Of a DNA stretch of 64,000 nt, positions 33,601 through 43,811 are shown piece after piece. Source of the stretch: Andalucia godoyi And28 (Eukaryota; Protista; Jakobida). A program made the translations under genes and the position numbers. How positions within the stretch are numbered: position 1 is the stretch's first letter; the number at the start of each line of letters is the position of its first letter. The stretch covers positions 301,757-365,756 of the forward strand of contig VRVR01000019.1 in the NCBI GenBank assembly GCA_009859145.1, read 5' to 3'. The notes under the pieces are model-generated. The model did not search any database. It was not told where the DNA came from and worked only from the letters and a program-made list of their open reading frames with translations.

Positions 33601-35021
33601 ACAGACGGCTGGTGCCCACCAGTGGAGCCACGTCGATCTTTAGTGGAGTTGGAATTATTCGCCAGTGGAGGACCGTCTTCCTTGTCGGGAAGCGCCAAAA
33701 ACGCCCGGCCATCCGGGCTCTTGAGAATGATATGTGTGTCTGCGGGGGATTCCAAAGGAGAATAACCAGGAGGGACAAACATGCACTCGGAAAAACGAAC
33801 GTCGACCGCAGCGTCGCCGTGCAAGGAGATGCACGGAAACCAAGCCTTTTGGCCCATAAACGAATATTTTGGCAGCGAAATTCGCGCTGGTCCAGAGGAA
33901 TTTTCCACCTCTGAAAACTGTCGAGTCATCTCGTCGTCATCCACGTCAGATCCAAATCCGCTACTTTCTAGATCGTGCAAAGATTCGTCCACCAGCAGAA
34001 AGTGCACAGGGCCAGATGGGGTGGGCGACGCAATTCCTGCTTCTGTGCGCGCTTGCAGATTTCCCGACCGCAGGTTCGATTCCGTCTGCGTGCGGGTCGT
34101 TGGCGAAAAGAAATTTTGGTTTGCAAAACTCTCCACAAGACGACCGTAGACTGACGAAACACCAGTGGTTAGTTCCGTGAAGAACTTGCGTACTTTCCAA
34201 CTGGCTTCTCTTCCTTCTTCCATTGGATACACCGCTACACAAGAACCGTTCAAATAAATGGTCACAAACCCATATTCTAGATCAATGCCCACTCCAACAA
34301 GATCTCCTTGGCAAAATCCAAACGATCGATGAGCAGCAGCCGACTGATCCGGCGAGCCGGTGTGCACCAACTGAAACGGGCTGTCCACTGCAGTTCCGTG
34401 GCACCACCCAACCTGATTGGTCCCTTCAAATGCCAAAGAGTCCTGCACGGACCCAACAAAAAACTGTCCTGATCCTCCCTGTTTTTCGACGTGCATTTGT
34501 GCGTCTGGCGATCGCGCAGACTTCCCATCCACAATACTGATATATGCTTCTTCGGTAGCCCATCCCACAAACAGCGATGGTTGCCGTTCATGCGGCGAAT
34601 ACTGGATGGACACTTCGTAGTACCACCTGCCGCGAGAAACCCCGGCATCGTACCGAAACGTCTGCACATCCGTTCCGGAATGCTCCGCTCGACAAGGAGT
34701 AATCGGCAGCGTGCCAGACAGCCTGGAGGGATACGGCCCCGCGGATATCATTTCATTCAGCAGCCTCATGACAAACGCTGCACCAACATCGTTGCCTTCT
34801 CGGAATAACCGAACCAAGCTCACGCGGAGCAAGTGAGGTATAGTCGACACCCACACCTTGTACACATCCGAATCATCTTCGTCAAAAAACGCATTTCGAA
34901 GCGTCGTCACCGAGACTGTCCACATGTCTTCGCGAATTTGCCGGACACGGTGCGTCTCTGCACGCTGTAAATTGGCCAGCGCATTCATCAATGCAGACTG
35001 CGCAGACAAGTGCTGTCCCAT
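30615..35021 (-). CDS. Large SPRY/B30.2-domain protein with helical C-terminal region
   Basis: GVSRGRWYYEV, FVGWAT, VGSVQDSLAFEG, GDLVGVGIDLE..IYLNG, WFPCISL..VRF..PPGYSP (SPRY interrupted by a long insert). Confidence 0.78.
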   Translation of the reverse strand: MGQHLSAQSALMNALANLQRAETHRVRQIREDMWTVSVTTLRNAFFDEDDSDVYKVWVSTIPHLLRVSLVRLFREGNDVGAAFVMRLLNEMISAGPYPSRLSGTLPITPCRAEHSGTDVQTFRYDAGVSRGRWYYEVSIQYSPHERQPSLFVGWATEEAYISIVDGKSARSPDAQMHVEKQGGSGQFFVGSVQDSLAFEGTNQVGWCHGTAVDSPFQLVHTGSPDQSAAAHRSFGFCQGDLVGVGIDLEYGFVTIYLNGSCVAVYPMEEGREASWKVRKFFTELTTGVSSVYGRLVESFANQNFFSPTTRTQTESNLRSGNLQARTEAGIASPTPSGPVHFLLVDESLHDLESSGFGSDVDDDEMTRQFSEVENSSGPARISLPKYSFMGQKAWFPCISLHGDAAVDVRFSECMFVPPGYSPLESPADTHIILKSPDGRAFLALPDKEDGPPLANNSNSTKDRRGSTGGHQPSVLDFDVNEILSVDRFEYSADSSSASPFSLDIEPSPFADKMPYWSGACIGVADALLTFFLRNSTVGIPTRFFCRTLQVLQTALKWEHNRETALAFVRPLPSAGQASGRTVTAPTSSFPTSASVEMGQSPSVERGTPSSTLESGSIISTVLLLIQRVFDADIVSSFDDEFCPELFSSLVDSTVEICLSMLAHRRRTRTLEYARFSPALQFGELTLHAEIDQILQVASNFWGFYPTHAEHMPWVPTEYHAIRDLKLRLLLDGVATELDRIYSSVGLPLCFVESFSFLFSTFFKYFQTAHDSVGATNVKMVACFVLRFSRFRFDPNVSRAQDEIPLKTVMQLLVRNGVTFSHKHSMLYLAPTLSVFHHICKSSPSSVVLGVFKTYAPVLSAILGTLIQPHPVPAPASECVYWLIRTFSVFVVPNVLESDELDDILPFIFRSGLLNTMLRAISSNTPHVNVDDVSVALHSFLLHPNVQRVFWTYGASFYQVVREKLCLHAFDVKTVDMKYAFFFDALSYGRFNPVPLDVAVELCSYSVAALNKFAGMDRLQFRGHWGNHLQVLGLLLKVSSVGYRSRNIHLSSLTSVDALAFPTSSDIAKVSEVMFQAAQAFWKSISNFKHDPFFAVRRDICVFFAANGDTVRLSCLLFGTRDITELPIAEDLVVEYHPMVYMDVLGELLSYPLGQRFLKQMIPLFMSDRIVRSVFESSIWRMQMVRHFVDAFSSLRLQHDQSVVTLLCDICLVSPSHGSRSVLSIVAERLATYVRHLASVLLQLRSCVSDYALAMIDVSNSYTLFSHMCAQLIEHMLMAPVSGAQLHRMHRIVSDHCILEPLLQIKRVQLFVLDGRLDWLFALEPLYSLPSSPAPAPAPAPASNSQSLQATSTIDDVRAAATRVLGPTVSTEMNVDDDDILWDELFEIFVSRNWEDHFSSESIRRMVQQSWDAGAAHPSLRRENLRGLLRMWRRQRGFGTGMYEEASGKLEALLHVQYLLSFDVEVHGV

Positions 35022-35069
35022 AACTGGCGTCCGTGCGTGTCTGTTTGTCTGCCAGCCAGCCCTGTTCCG

Positions 35070-35103
<34 letters not shown>

Positions 35104-35583
35104 TCAAACAATCTTCGAATATGCAGCAAACAGTGCAATTCTTTCGTGGGAGAACGAATGGAGGAGAAAAAACACTAGGGAAGCTTTGATCCCCTCCTCC
35201 CCCCAATAAAAACGATAGGTGAATGCTTAGGTACTGCCCTCCAACTCAAACCTCTCGCCTCAAGCAGATTATTTGGCGTAAAGGGACTCTTTGCAATCAA
35301 CATGAAGTTCCCCTTTTTTGAGTGAGAGACATCCGTGGGTCTGCGCATCCCAAACAGAAGCAACCTAATTTTTCGTCCAATCTCTCGAATTGATCAATTA
35401 GTGCATTCGTTAGAAACCATTTGGACCTTGGAAACCAGGAGAAAACTAGGGATTTCAACGAGCTTCTTTTACTGCCATTCCGCATTTTTTAATCCACTTG
35501 TTCATTCTCTCTCGATCTTTCATTCTCTGGTTTCAATCGAGCCGATATTGCATTGATTGTTGATTGGCAATGGTGTGCACCAC

Positions 35584-35585
<2 letters not shown>

Positions 35586-35641
<56 letters not shown>
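35586..35641 (+). repeat. (AG)28 microsatellite
   Basis: Direct reading. Confidence 0.95.
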
Positions 35642-35644
<3 letters not shown>

Positions 35645-36051
35645 GGCGGAGGAATCATCAATTGCAAGGAATCGGTTGTCTAGTATCGTCTGTCAAAGAG
35701 GCTTGTGCCCGGCAGGTTCTCACGCAGATCCAACAAGCAGGGGGAGAGAAGGAACACCACCGGGCGTTCAAGCAGGCCTTGGTAACGAATATCAGCAAAA
35801 TCTCTTGCAATGCGTCGCTTCTGTTCAGTCATCATCTTCTGTCTCATATGCAAAACGGAGCCAGAGTCCCAAATTTGGTTCCTGGAGGGATTCGACACTG
35901 CGCACGGTGGGCAACATCGATCCACGCAAAGAATTGCTCTGGACACGGAATCCATCAAGCTTCATTCCCAGCAGTACAATACAAAACAAACCTTGAATAT
36001 TCACAGCCGGCCGCAAGACGTTTCGGCTGGAGGGTTATAACAAAAAAATGA
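35641..36051 (+). pseudogene. Possible Fanzor1-like N-terminal fragment (no start codon, truncated)
   Basis: Open frame SSVKEAC..ALVTNISKISCNASLLFSHHLLSHMQNGARVPNL..IRHC..QASFPAVQYKTNLEY resembles recalled Fanzor1 WED/REC N-terminal patterns. Confidence 0.3.
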
Positions 36052-36052
36052 G

Positions 36053-36126
36053 CGATCATGGCAGGACTCGAACCTGCAACCTCCTAATTCGTAGTCAGAT
36101 GCGCTATCCAATTACGCCACACGACC
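36053..36126 (-). tRNA. trnR-ACG: tRNA-Arg(ACG), intronless
   Basis: GGTCGTG/CATGATC acceptor stem, TGGCGTAATTGG A-box, CT-ACG-AA anticodon loop, GGTTCGAGTCC B-box, T7 Pol III terminator just downstream. Confidence 0.96.
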
Positions 36127-36374
36127 GCAAGATATCGTGCTTGAGCTAATGTTCATAGAAAACCATATAGACAGTGCCCCCTGATATCCGGATGCTTCGC
36201 AAGCGACGGGGGGACTGGCGAGCTGCGATGGCTCCCTGCATACCGCACCGCCCGAATGCACTGGGGATGTGTGTTGGCAACGTGCACCCACACACCACAG
36301 AAACAAACAGACCAACAAGCAACCAAGAAAAGAGAACGAAAACACACCATATTTACAAAGTTCACCAAAACGTG

Positions 36375-38936
36375 CTACTTCTTGGAAGCCTTCAGTTTCG
36401 CCTTCTTGTTCATGCGCTCCAGTGTGTTTGCCATGTGCTCCTGAGACTGCAAGATGGACATGACATTCTTAACAGCCTGATCTGCAACACTATCCTGTTG
36501 CTTTCGCTTCTGCTCGCGTTGCTTGCCCAAAAACTCGGCATCTCTTCGAAGTTCTCGCATTGCAGATCGCTTTTCGCTCTTGACTTGGCGCTGCATCTTC
36601 TTGATGCGGGCACGCTCGCGGTCCGGATCATGATCCTTGGAGACGGAAAAGTGAGTCTCGAATTTCGGATTAAGCATCTTGATTGGAACAGGTGCCATGG
36701 ACTGCATTCGCAGAGGTTGTCGCAAAACATTGCGGGAACGATTCACGAGGGATTGCATGATCCCCTGGCAATACGCCGATGTGGAAATTTCAGAGGGAAG
36801 AAGCTTGATTGCCGACAGCGACATCTGCACAATTTCCGGAACAGACGCCATGCTTGCACAGATTTCAGCATGAAGATCCAGAAGTTTGATGGCGATAAAC
36901 AGCAATTGCAGCGCCAAGACTTTCAATTGAAGCGTGCCATCTGCGGAAGCGAGCAGAGTCCACATGGAATCAAACGAGAATTTCGAGTCCGATGCCTGCT
37001 TCAGCACCTTCCGAAAATCCTTTGCAGACAAGTTGGCGATCGACAGGACGCTCGTTGATACAGCGTCATGACGCAACATCGACAGCGGACAGGAATCCGT
37101 TCCAATGAGACGAACAACACCTAGAAGGAACATCAAAACTTCTGGAGCAAATCGCCGAGCCTCCCGTAGATAGCAAGACATGAACACGGAAACAGCAAAG
37201 AGCCCGGTGGCAACATCCTTAGCATCCGAGACGACAGCGTTTGACAATGCAAAGCCGATGAGAATTTCCGCAGGTGCAATGATTTTGTGACGAAAATCTG
37301 TTACTGGAAACAGCCGACCAAGCAGCGCTAGGAACATCACCTCGTTTTTGGAGAGCATGCGATTTTCTTCCGACAGCGAACTCATGATCTTTTCAAGTTG
37401 CATTACACATGCATCAACTGCAAACGCCGTGAAATACTTTGCCGTCATTGAGAACACGTGTTTTGCGATGACAGACTGGCTATCTGCCGACCAGTTCCTG
37501 ATATATTCCTGCAAGAGGAACATGAAGAGAGACTCGAGTTTTCCGCGATTCTCAGCAGCGAGGGAAATGTGATTATTGTCTCGTACACGCTGAATCAGGA
37601 CGTCGAGCTCTTTGGCATTCCGAGCCAGCGATGCAACTTCAGTGTGAAACTGTTTGAAACTGTTTGGAATTTCGATGACAAACGGCAAATGTCCAAACTC
37701 TTTCATTTCTTGCTGAAGACTGGCCGCATCATCCACACCTTCTCTATCCGAGTCATTAATGGAGGATCCAGAGTCAAAATCATCTTCCAAATCATCCGCA
37801 TGATCCGCCTTGTGAGCCGTTTTGGCTTTCTTCGACGGACGCGCTCGCACAATGTCATTGTCGTCCTCCATGATATCGTCAATGCCATCCTCCACGATCA
37901 CGTCCACATCCTCATTTGCTTCTTCTTCTTCTTCTTCTTCTTCTTCTTCTTCTTCCTCCTCCTCCTCCTCCTCCTCCTCTTCTTCTTCTTCCTCCTCCTC
38001 TTCTTCTTCTTCTTCGTCGTCGTCATCGTTTTCGTTATCATCATTATCACCGCCACTTTCCACTTCGTTCGCAATCTCTAAATCCTCTTCCTTATCATCT
38101 TCGACATCGGAGTGCTCGTCTTCGAAATCGCTTCTCATGCGTCGCAGACGCTCCTTTTCAAGCCTCTCCAGCCTTTCTTTTGCCTCTGCTGCAATCTCAT
38201 CCTCGCTCTTCAATCGATCCATCGCATACGCTTTGACATCCGTTGCAAGCATTTCCTTGTTTGCATCGTAGTCGTCCACTTCTGAAGCAAGAACGTGTTC
38301 TCGCTTGGAGCGGAGGTTCCCCGGCGCCATGATCACAGATTTGAGACCATCAAAATCCTGGTCGATATCTTGAAGAAGATCTTCCAATTCATCTCTTTCC
38401 TTTGCCTTCTGTGCCTTGAACATCTTGGACTTTGCAATAATCTCCTCGTAGATTTCCTTTGATGTCTTCTTTCGCTCCTCGTCCGTGCCCTGCTGCTGGA
38501 TAGTTTGAAAAACGCCATCATCCTCATCTGAATCGTCTCGCGCTTCATGTCCAAAATCAAACGCATCGTCAATCACCTGGCCCCTATGTGTTAATGTCGT
38601 ACTCTCTCCCACGCCATACAACCCGGAATCTTGCGTCTTCGCCGTCTCCTTTAATCGCTCCTTCTGGTAGCGAAGCAGCATCCTATCTTCTGTCGACAAT
38701 GTCTGGTCTTCTTCTCCGAATCTTCTGTCAATAAATGCATTGTTTTTGAACCGCTGGTCAAACTCCACCCCAATTGTTTCCTTGCGCTTTTGCAATCCTC
38801 GAGACCGCGACTTGGCACGTTCCTGCACATCCGACTTTCGTTTCGCTCCAATGACATCAAAATGTCTCTTTTGCGACTTCACATCGAACGGATTCTTCTT
38901 TTCAGGCTCTGACGATTTAGAAGGCTTCTTTGTCAT
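36375..38936 (-). CDS. NOP14: Nucleolar protein 14 (SSU processome)
   Basis: NPFDV..RHFDVIG, NAFIDRRFGE, TLTHRGQ, KTSKEIYEEIIAKSK, DRLKSEDEIA, LPFVIEIP, IKMLNPKFE, RELRRDAEFL. Central poly-Glu tract. Confidence 0.93.
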   Translation of the reverse strand: MTKKPSKSSEPEKKNPFDVKSQKRHFDVIGAKRKSDVQERAKSRSRGLQKRKETIGVEFDQRFKNNAFIDRRFGEEDQTLSTEDRMLLRYQKERLKETAKTQDSGLYGVGESTTLTHRGQVIDDAFDFGHEARDDSDEDDGVFQTIQQQGTDEERKKTSKEIYEEIIAKSKMFKAQKAKERDELEDLLQDIDQDFDGLKSVIMAPGNLRSKREHVLASEVDDYDANKEMLATDVKAYAMDRLKSEDEIAAEAKERLERLEKERLRRMRSDFEDEHSDVEDDKEEDLEIANEVESGGDNDDNENDDDDEEEEEEEEEEEEEEEEEEEEEEEEEEEEEEEEANEDVDVIVEDGIDDIMEDDNDIVRARPSKKAKTAHKADHADDLEDDFDSGSSINDSDREGVDDAASLQQEMKEFGHLPFVIEIPNSFKQFHTEVASLARNAKELDVLIQRVRDNNHISLAAENRGKLESLFMFLLQEYIRNWSADSQSVIAKHVFSMTAKYFTAFAVDACVMQLEKIMSSLSEENRMLSKNEVMFLALLGRLFPVTDFRHKIIAPAEILIGFALSNAVVSDAKDVATGLFAVSVFMSCYLREARRFAPEVLMFLLGVVRLIGTDSCPLSMLRHDAVSTSVLSIANLSAKDFRKVLKQASDSKFSFDSMWTLLASADGTLQLKVLALQLLFIAIKLLDLHAEICASMASVPEIVQMSLSAIKLLPSEISTSAYCQGIMQSLVNRSRNVLRQPLRMQSMAPVPIKMLNPKFETHFSVSKDHDPDRERARIKKMQRQVKSEKRSAMRELRRDAEFLGKQREQKRKQQDSVADQAVKNVMSILQSQEHMANTLERMNKKAKLKASKK

Positions 38937-39340
38937 CTCTCGCAGTCAATACGCTCTGATGTGTGCAAACTCTGAACAGCGGGGGAGAGAAAGCAAAAAA
39001 GAAGGCCTGTAATAGAACCAAGGGTCTCCCAGCGGGTGTGCAAGGACGGAGAAAAGCTCGGCAAGGCTCGTTAGTTTCGCTCATCAGCTTTTCCCAATTG
39101 CGACCTCACGCCTTGTCTACGACTGCGATTTTCGGGGTGCTGGGAGCGAATGCCAGACACCGCAAACAGCGAACTGGAAATCAGAAAATCAGGAAATCAT
39201 GAAGATGCTTTCCAGGATTTTCTGCTCTTTCTTGCACCCATATTCACTGATTCTGGTATTCTATCAAAGGCAGTCAAAAACATCGAGCTCTGTTTTTTGT
39301 TTTTTGTTTTTTGTTTTTTGTTTTGTTTTGCATCATAACC

Positions 39341-40066
39341 ATGGTGAACGTGACACCTGCATACGTCGAGTTTGACAGTCCAAGTGGCAGCGGCACGATC
39401 ACGCTGATCAATTTGAATGCACAGGCGAAGAACTTCCAAGTTCAGACAAAGAGACCTCGAGCCTTCGTGGTTCATCCGTCGCGCGGAGTCGTTCCTCCCG
39501 ACACTTCTCTGCGCATTTCCATCAAGGTAGTGAATGACCAGTCGGCCAATGCAACTTTGGATATGTTTCTGATTTCATTTGACAATGGCGAGAAGATACG
39601 GCTTCCAATCAAGATTTCAGCGCCCGCAGCGTCTTCTTCTCCTTCGTCCTCGTCCTCCTCGATCACAGCCGCCACTACAGCCTCTGCTGTTGCTCCGTCT
39701 GCATCGACTCAGCCGTCGGTGTCGTCTGCCGGTTTTTCATCGTCAACGCCTGGGAAAACCGATCTTGCTGCGAGTGCCCGGGGCCCACTCCAGACCGCTC
39801 CGAGTGCTCCAGTCACTCCTGCGGCGACGCCCTTCCCTTCGTCTGCGCATCCCTTGTCTGCTGTCGGCCCGGGGTCTGTGATCGCATCAAGTAGTTCTGC
39901 GCTGTTGATGCTGGGGTCATCGCTGCGTTCCGTGGCAACGTCGTCATCGTGGATATCCCCGTTCGTACTTGGACTCATTATTATTTTTTTGTTCAAGATC
40001 GAGTCTCCGTATGTTGGGTATCTGCTGGGTTCTCTGTTTGTCTACCTTTTCATGTTGCAGCATTAA
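39341..40066 (+). CDS. MSP-domain (VAP/MOSPD-like) protein with C-terminal membrane segments
   Basis: ITLINL..FQVQTKRP..FVVHPSRGVVPP..D.FLI, then a Ser/Ala/Pro linker and two hydrophobic C-terminal segments. Confidence 0.78.
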   Translation: MVNVTPAYVEFDSPSGSGTITLINLNAQAKNFQVQTKRPRAFVVHPSRGVVPPDTSLRISIKVVNDQSANATLDMFLISFDNGEKIRLPIKISAPAASSSPSSSSSSITAATTASAVAPSASTQPSVSSAGFSSSTPGKTDLAASARGPLQTAPSAPVTPAATPFPSSAHPLSAVGPGSVIASSSSALLMLGSSLRSVATSSSWISPFVLGLIIIFLFKIESPYVGYLLGSLFVYLFMLQH

Positions 40067-40183
40067 GGTGAAGCACGTCCCTGGATTGCTTCAGACAGCA
40101 CCAACAACATCTTAATCTATTTACACCACTCGCACTGGCTACCGAACTGTACATCTTCCTTTTTCGTTCTGTCGAGGTTGTTG

Positions 40184-40591
40184 TTACATTGTAGAAATGA
40201 GCTTGTCGAAATCTGCAAGAGTAAGCTTTCCGTCTGCGTCCAAGTCGCCCTCTTTGGCAATCACAGGATCAATATCGGATTTTCCAAGCTGGCCGTCTCC
40301 GTCCTTGTCCAGGCTTGCAAATGCATCTTGAATCTCCGCCGAACGGTCACAATCACCAAGAGTCATCGTTATCAACTCGATAAACTGATCTACATTAATA
40401 GCATCAATCTCTTCCTTTCGACCGGTCAACTTTTGCAAAATCTCTTGGACTTCAACCTCTGTGTACCGCGCCCCGCAATATGCAAGCGCCGATTGAACGG
40501 TCGCGGCCGGCAGTCCTTGTGCACCATTCGACAGCAGTTCAAACGTCTGTCGAATCTGAGAAATCATTTCGGATCCCAGAAGCTTCTCCAT
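40184..40591 (-). CDS. Calmodulin/centrin-like EF-hand protein
   Basis: EIQDAFASL-DKDGDGQLGKSD and DLDADGKLTLAD loops; degenerate N-lobe EF hands. Confidence 0.8.
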   Translation of the reverse strand: MEKLLGSEMISQIRQTFELLSNGAQGLPAATVQSALAYCGARYTEVEVQEILQKLTGRKEEIDAINVDQFIELITMTLGDCDRSAEIQDAFASLDKDGDGQLGKSDIDPVIAKEGDLDADGKLTLADFDKLISTM

Positions 40592-41246
40592 GGTATCTTT
40601 CTCGTCTTCTGATGTCGGTTTTAACTTTGATGGCGACTGAAAGAACTTCTGCTGGACGAGCCCCGAGACGGTTGACCGTTTTGTGTATGAATATCAAACA
40701 AGCAACAATGCATCGGAAGTTTGTTTTATTATCCAACCCTTTGGGGGGGGGGACGCGATCTTCCTACCGTAGTCCAGTCGAGAATTTCTTTTATTCCGTC
40801 ATTTCTTGATTTTTCATTTTCCTGTCGATTATTTTTCTGTTTGCTTGTGCTTTATAAGCGAACTGTCAAGCACCCTCCTTTCATCAAAGAAAAATGACAC
40901 CTCATGGCTCCAAAGAGGGATCTCCCCAACAAACTCAAACCGGCCATGCCCGAAGATAGCGAGAACCAAGAAAACTCGTGGCTGCGACGACCCTTTGATG
41001 CAGAGTCGGTGCTCATCTCAAATTGGATCTGTCTTCGGTGATAGCTTAGCCGATGATGGTCAATCATGATTCATGTTTTGGCGAGCGGTTCGGTTCTTTC
41101 ACGCGTTTAGATCGAAAACCCACCGAGCAGGACCACAGTCCCTGACTTTTTTTTCTTCTTTTTCAAAAGGAGTCCGTGCAGGTACCTACACTTCTTTTTC
41201 GGGTGATAAATTTACATCAAGAACACATGCAGGTTTTGGGCCATCC

Positions 41247-42116
41247 CTAGCTAGCAGGTGGTGCGGTGGTTGGCTGCGTTGTTGCAGTGGCGTTCGTGTC
41301 CTGTGCCGTCTTGGGTGCAGCAGCGTCGCCTGGGAGTTGCGATGCAAACGGCGGCTTTTGCCCACCAAAGTTGACACTGTTCCGGAACATCTGCGTTTGC
41401 TCGCCCTTTTCCGCCTTCCCGATGGCATCCTCCAACTGCGCAACATACGGTTTCAGCCCTTCCATGAGCTTGACGCCTTCGTCAAAGTAAATGCTGTATT
41501 GACGCATCAGCGCACACATACCTTTCAGATATTCGTAGTCTCCCTTCTCAAAGGCATACGTGAGGGATTTGACAGCATCATCTAAAAGGGTGTTCATAGC
41601 CAATCGTGCGTCATCGGTTCGGCGCTCCTCCAGCTGAATCTTGGCGGGATCCGTCTTGTCCTTACTTTTCAGTTTTGCCAAACTGGCATTGATGCTGTCG
41701 AACTCGTACTTGGAGTGTTTGTACGCAGTTTTCGCTCTTTGGGCAGCTGGAATGTCTTCCTTGATGTATCGGAAAAGTGGTTTGAGAAGCTTGTCGGTCA
41801 CGCATCGATCAATGGAACCGTGAAGCTCCATAATAGATTCAAACTTGTTTCCAAACTTGATCAGCGCCACGCCAAGCTCCGTCTTTGTATCTTTTCCATA
41901 GTCACACATCATGCCTGCCCACGTGTTTCCAATCACCGCATAGTCCGTGGACGCCAGATGTACCTGTTTTACAACTTTCACGACTTGCTCGCTATGATCG
42001 CAGAACTGCTTGAACTGCTCATTGATTTTTTCATAATCATCCGGCGTCTCGGAGCCATTCTTCCGGCCCATCTTCTGGAGCATCCGCTCCGTTCCCGCAG
42101 AAATCTTTCGAAGCAT
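41247..42116 (-). CDS. BAR-domain protein
   Basis: Start MLRKISAG..QKMG..ETPDDYE. ELGVALIKFG, LKPLFRYIKEDI..AK..Y...KYEFDS: the endophilin/RICH-type N-BAR pattern. Confidence 0.8.
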   Translation of the reverse strand: MLRKISAGTERMLQKMGRKNGSETPDDYEKINEQFKQFCDHSEQVVKVVKQVHLASTDYAVIGNTWAGMMCDYGKDTKTELGVALIKFGNKFESIMELHGSIDRCVTDKLLKPLFRYIKEDIPAAQRAKTAYKHSKYEFDSINASLAKLKSKDKTDPAKIQLEERRTDDARLAMNTLLDDAVKSLTYAFEKGDYEYLKGMCALMRQYSIYFDEGVKLMEGLKPYVAQLEDAIGKAEKGEQTQMFRNSVNFGGQKPPFASQLPGDAAAPKTAQDTNATATTQPTTAPPAS

Positions 42117-42430
42117 CTCCACAAAACACCCACAAAACACCCACACACAAACACTCGCAAACACAAACACGTACACAAACACAAACACAAACACAGACAC
42201 ACACGCACACACGCACACTCACACACTCACACACTGACCAACAGTAAATGCAAAAAACGAAAAACTGGAAAAGAAAAGACGAAATGCAACAGTCTCGAAT
42301 CGTCCTGTTTTTTGCCGGAACTGACTCATCATCATTTCATTCATGATTCGAGGACGCAGTTCATCGTTCGTACGGGCAATGCCTTTTCCCGCTCTGGCGT
42401 CATTTTTTCGTTTTGCAAACTGCAATGCAT

Positions 42431-42484
42431 GTCTGTTCTGTTCTGTTCTGTTCTGTTCTGTTTTGTTCTGTTCTGTTCTGTTCT
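42431..42484 (+). repeat. (TTCTG)n pentamer repeat in the divergent promoter
   Basis: Direct reading. Confidence 0.9.
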
Positions 42485-42623
42485 TTTCTTTCCCCGGAAT
42501 TTCACAGTCGGATTGCGATACCAAACTGTTTGCACTTCTTCCTTCCTTCCTTTCGGGGGTTCAGTTTTTTCGGTGTGTGCGCGTGTGCGTGTTATTTGGA
42601 CGGCGGACACATCGTGTGCATCG

Positions 42624-43780
42624 ATGGAAGATCCAGGATTGCCGAAACGGTATCGACTGCTCTTTGGGTCGTCACTTCCTCCAGGTGTTTCTGGTCGGCA
42701 TCGTGGCCAAGTTGAGTTTTATGTCGAGAGATTTCAGTGGGTTTCTGCTCCCGTATGCAGTGCTCCAGTGGTGCATGTGAAGTGGTGGGGTGATGAGTCA
42801 GATGGGTCTTGGCTGCCGTTCGACCAACCACGGCGGAATGTATACGTCGCAAGCACAGCGCTCGTGTTCCCAATCCTGACATCTATCCGAGGGTTTCGTA
42901 GCTACGCACATGATTTGGGCGTTGTCAAATTGGACGTTGAGGATGCTCACTCTGGAGCCGTGATTGGATCTACATTTGTTCCGATTCATCAAATCACAGA
43001 AGTTGGAGTCGCCGGCAGTTTTGCGGTTCACTGCGCCAACGGAAACAGAGTCGCACGCATTGACATCAAGATGTGCGCCGCTTTTGCACCCCAGGCGGTG
43101 GCTTCGGAATTGGGAAGCCCTCCAGCCCCGGTCCTTGAATCCGATGACGGCGTCTTCATTTCGCCAAGGAAAAAGTACTTTCGGAGAAAGGTGGATGTTG
43201 GAAGCAAAAGAGTCGATGGATTTTCTCTGGAGCTACCGTCCATGAAAACGCCAGTGCGCCCAGCCAGCCCTGAGAACGAACACCGGAATCCTGCAGAGCG
43301 GCATTACGTTAATCCACAGATGCTGTTTAGCACAGACCGCGATGACCTGTTTCGCGTTACGAACGAGGACGCCGCTTTGCAGAGAAATGGAAGCAAAGAC
43401 GAGGATGCGGCACCGCAGCCGCTCACGGTTGTTCCTGTCCAAACCAAGATTGCGCGACCGCCGCGAATTCCACTTGTGAAGAGGATGCCATCTCGTTTGC
43501 CAAAGCGCAGCTCGCCGGACGTGGCGAAGCCAGACTTGAACGTCTCCGTGCCAGCGTCCGCGAATGGCCCCTCCAAGATTCCTGAAGGTGCAGATGCAGC
43601 ATATTCGAAGAAAATGTATTCTGATTCAGTGGATCGTTTAGCCCATCAGGACTCTTCCTCCGCATCTTCGGACTCGTCAGGCTGTGAAACCGAGGATAGC
43701 GCTTTGCTCATCGAACTTTTGAAGCGTGGAAACGACCTTCGGGAGCATATGAAAACCATATCTGCACGATCTCGACATCC

Positions 43781-43811
<31 letters not shown>

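Noticed and set aside
40904-41041. 45-aa sORF MAPKRDLPNK...
   Set aside because: No recognisable motif or independent support.
41715-42623. N-terminal extensions of the listed ORFs (C2CD3, FNT, TFIIIC, ATP-grasp-SET, BAR)
   Set aside because: They run through microsatellites, poly-A/T tracts or neighbouring genes; downstream ATGs match the homolog starts.
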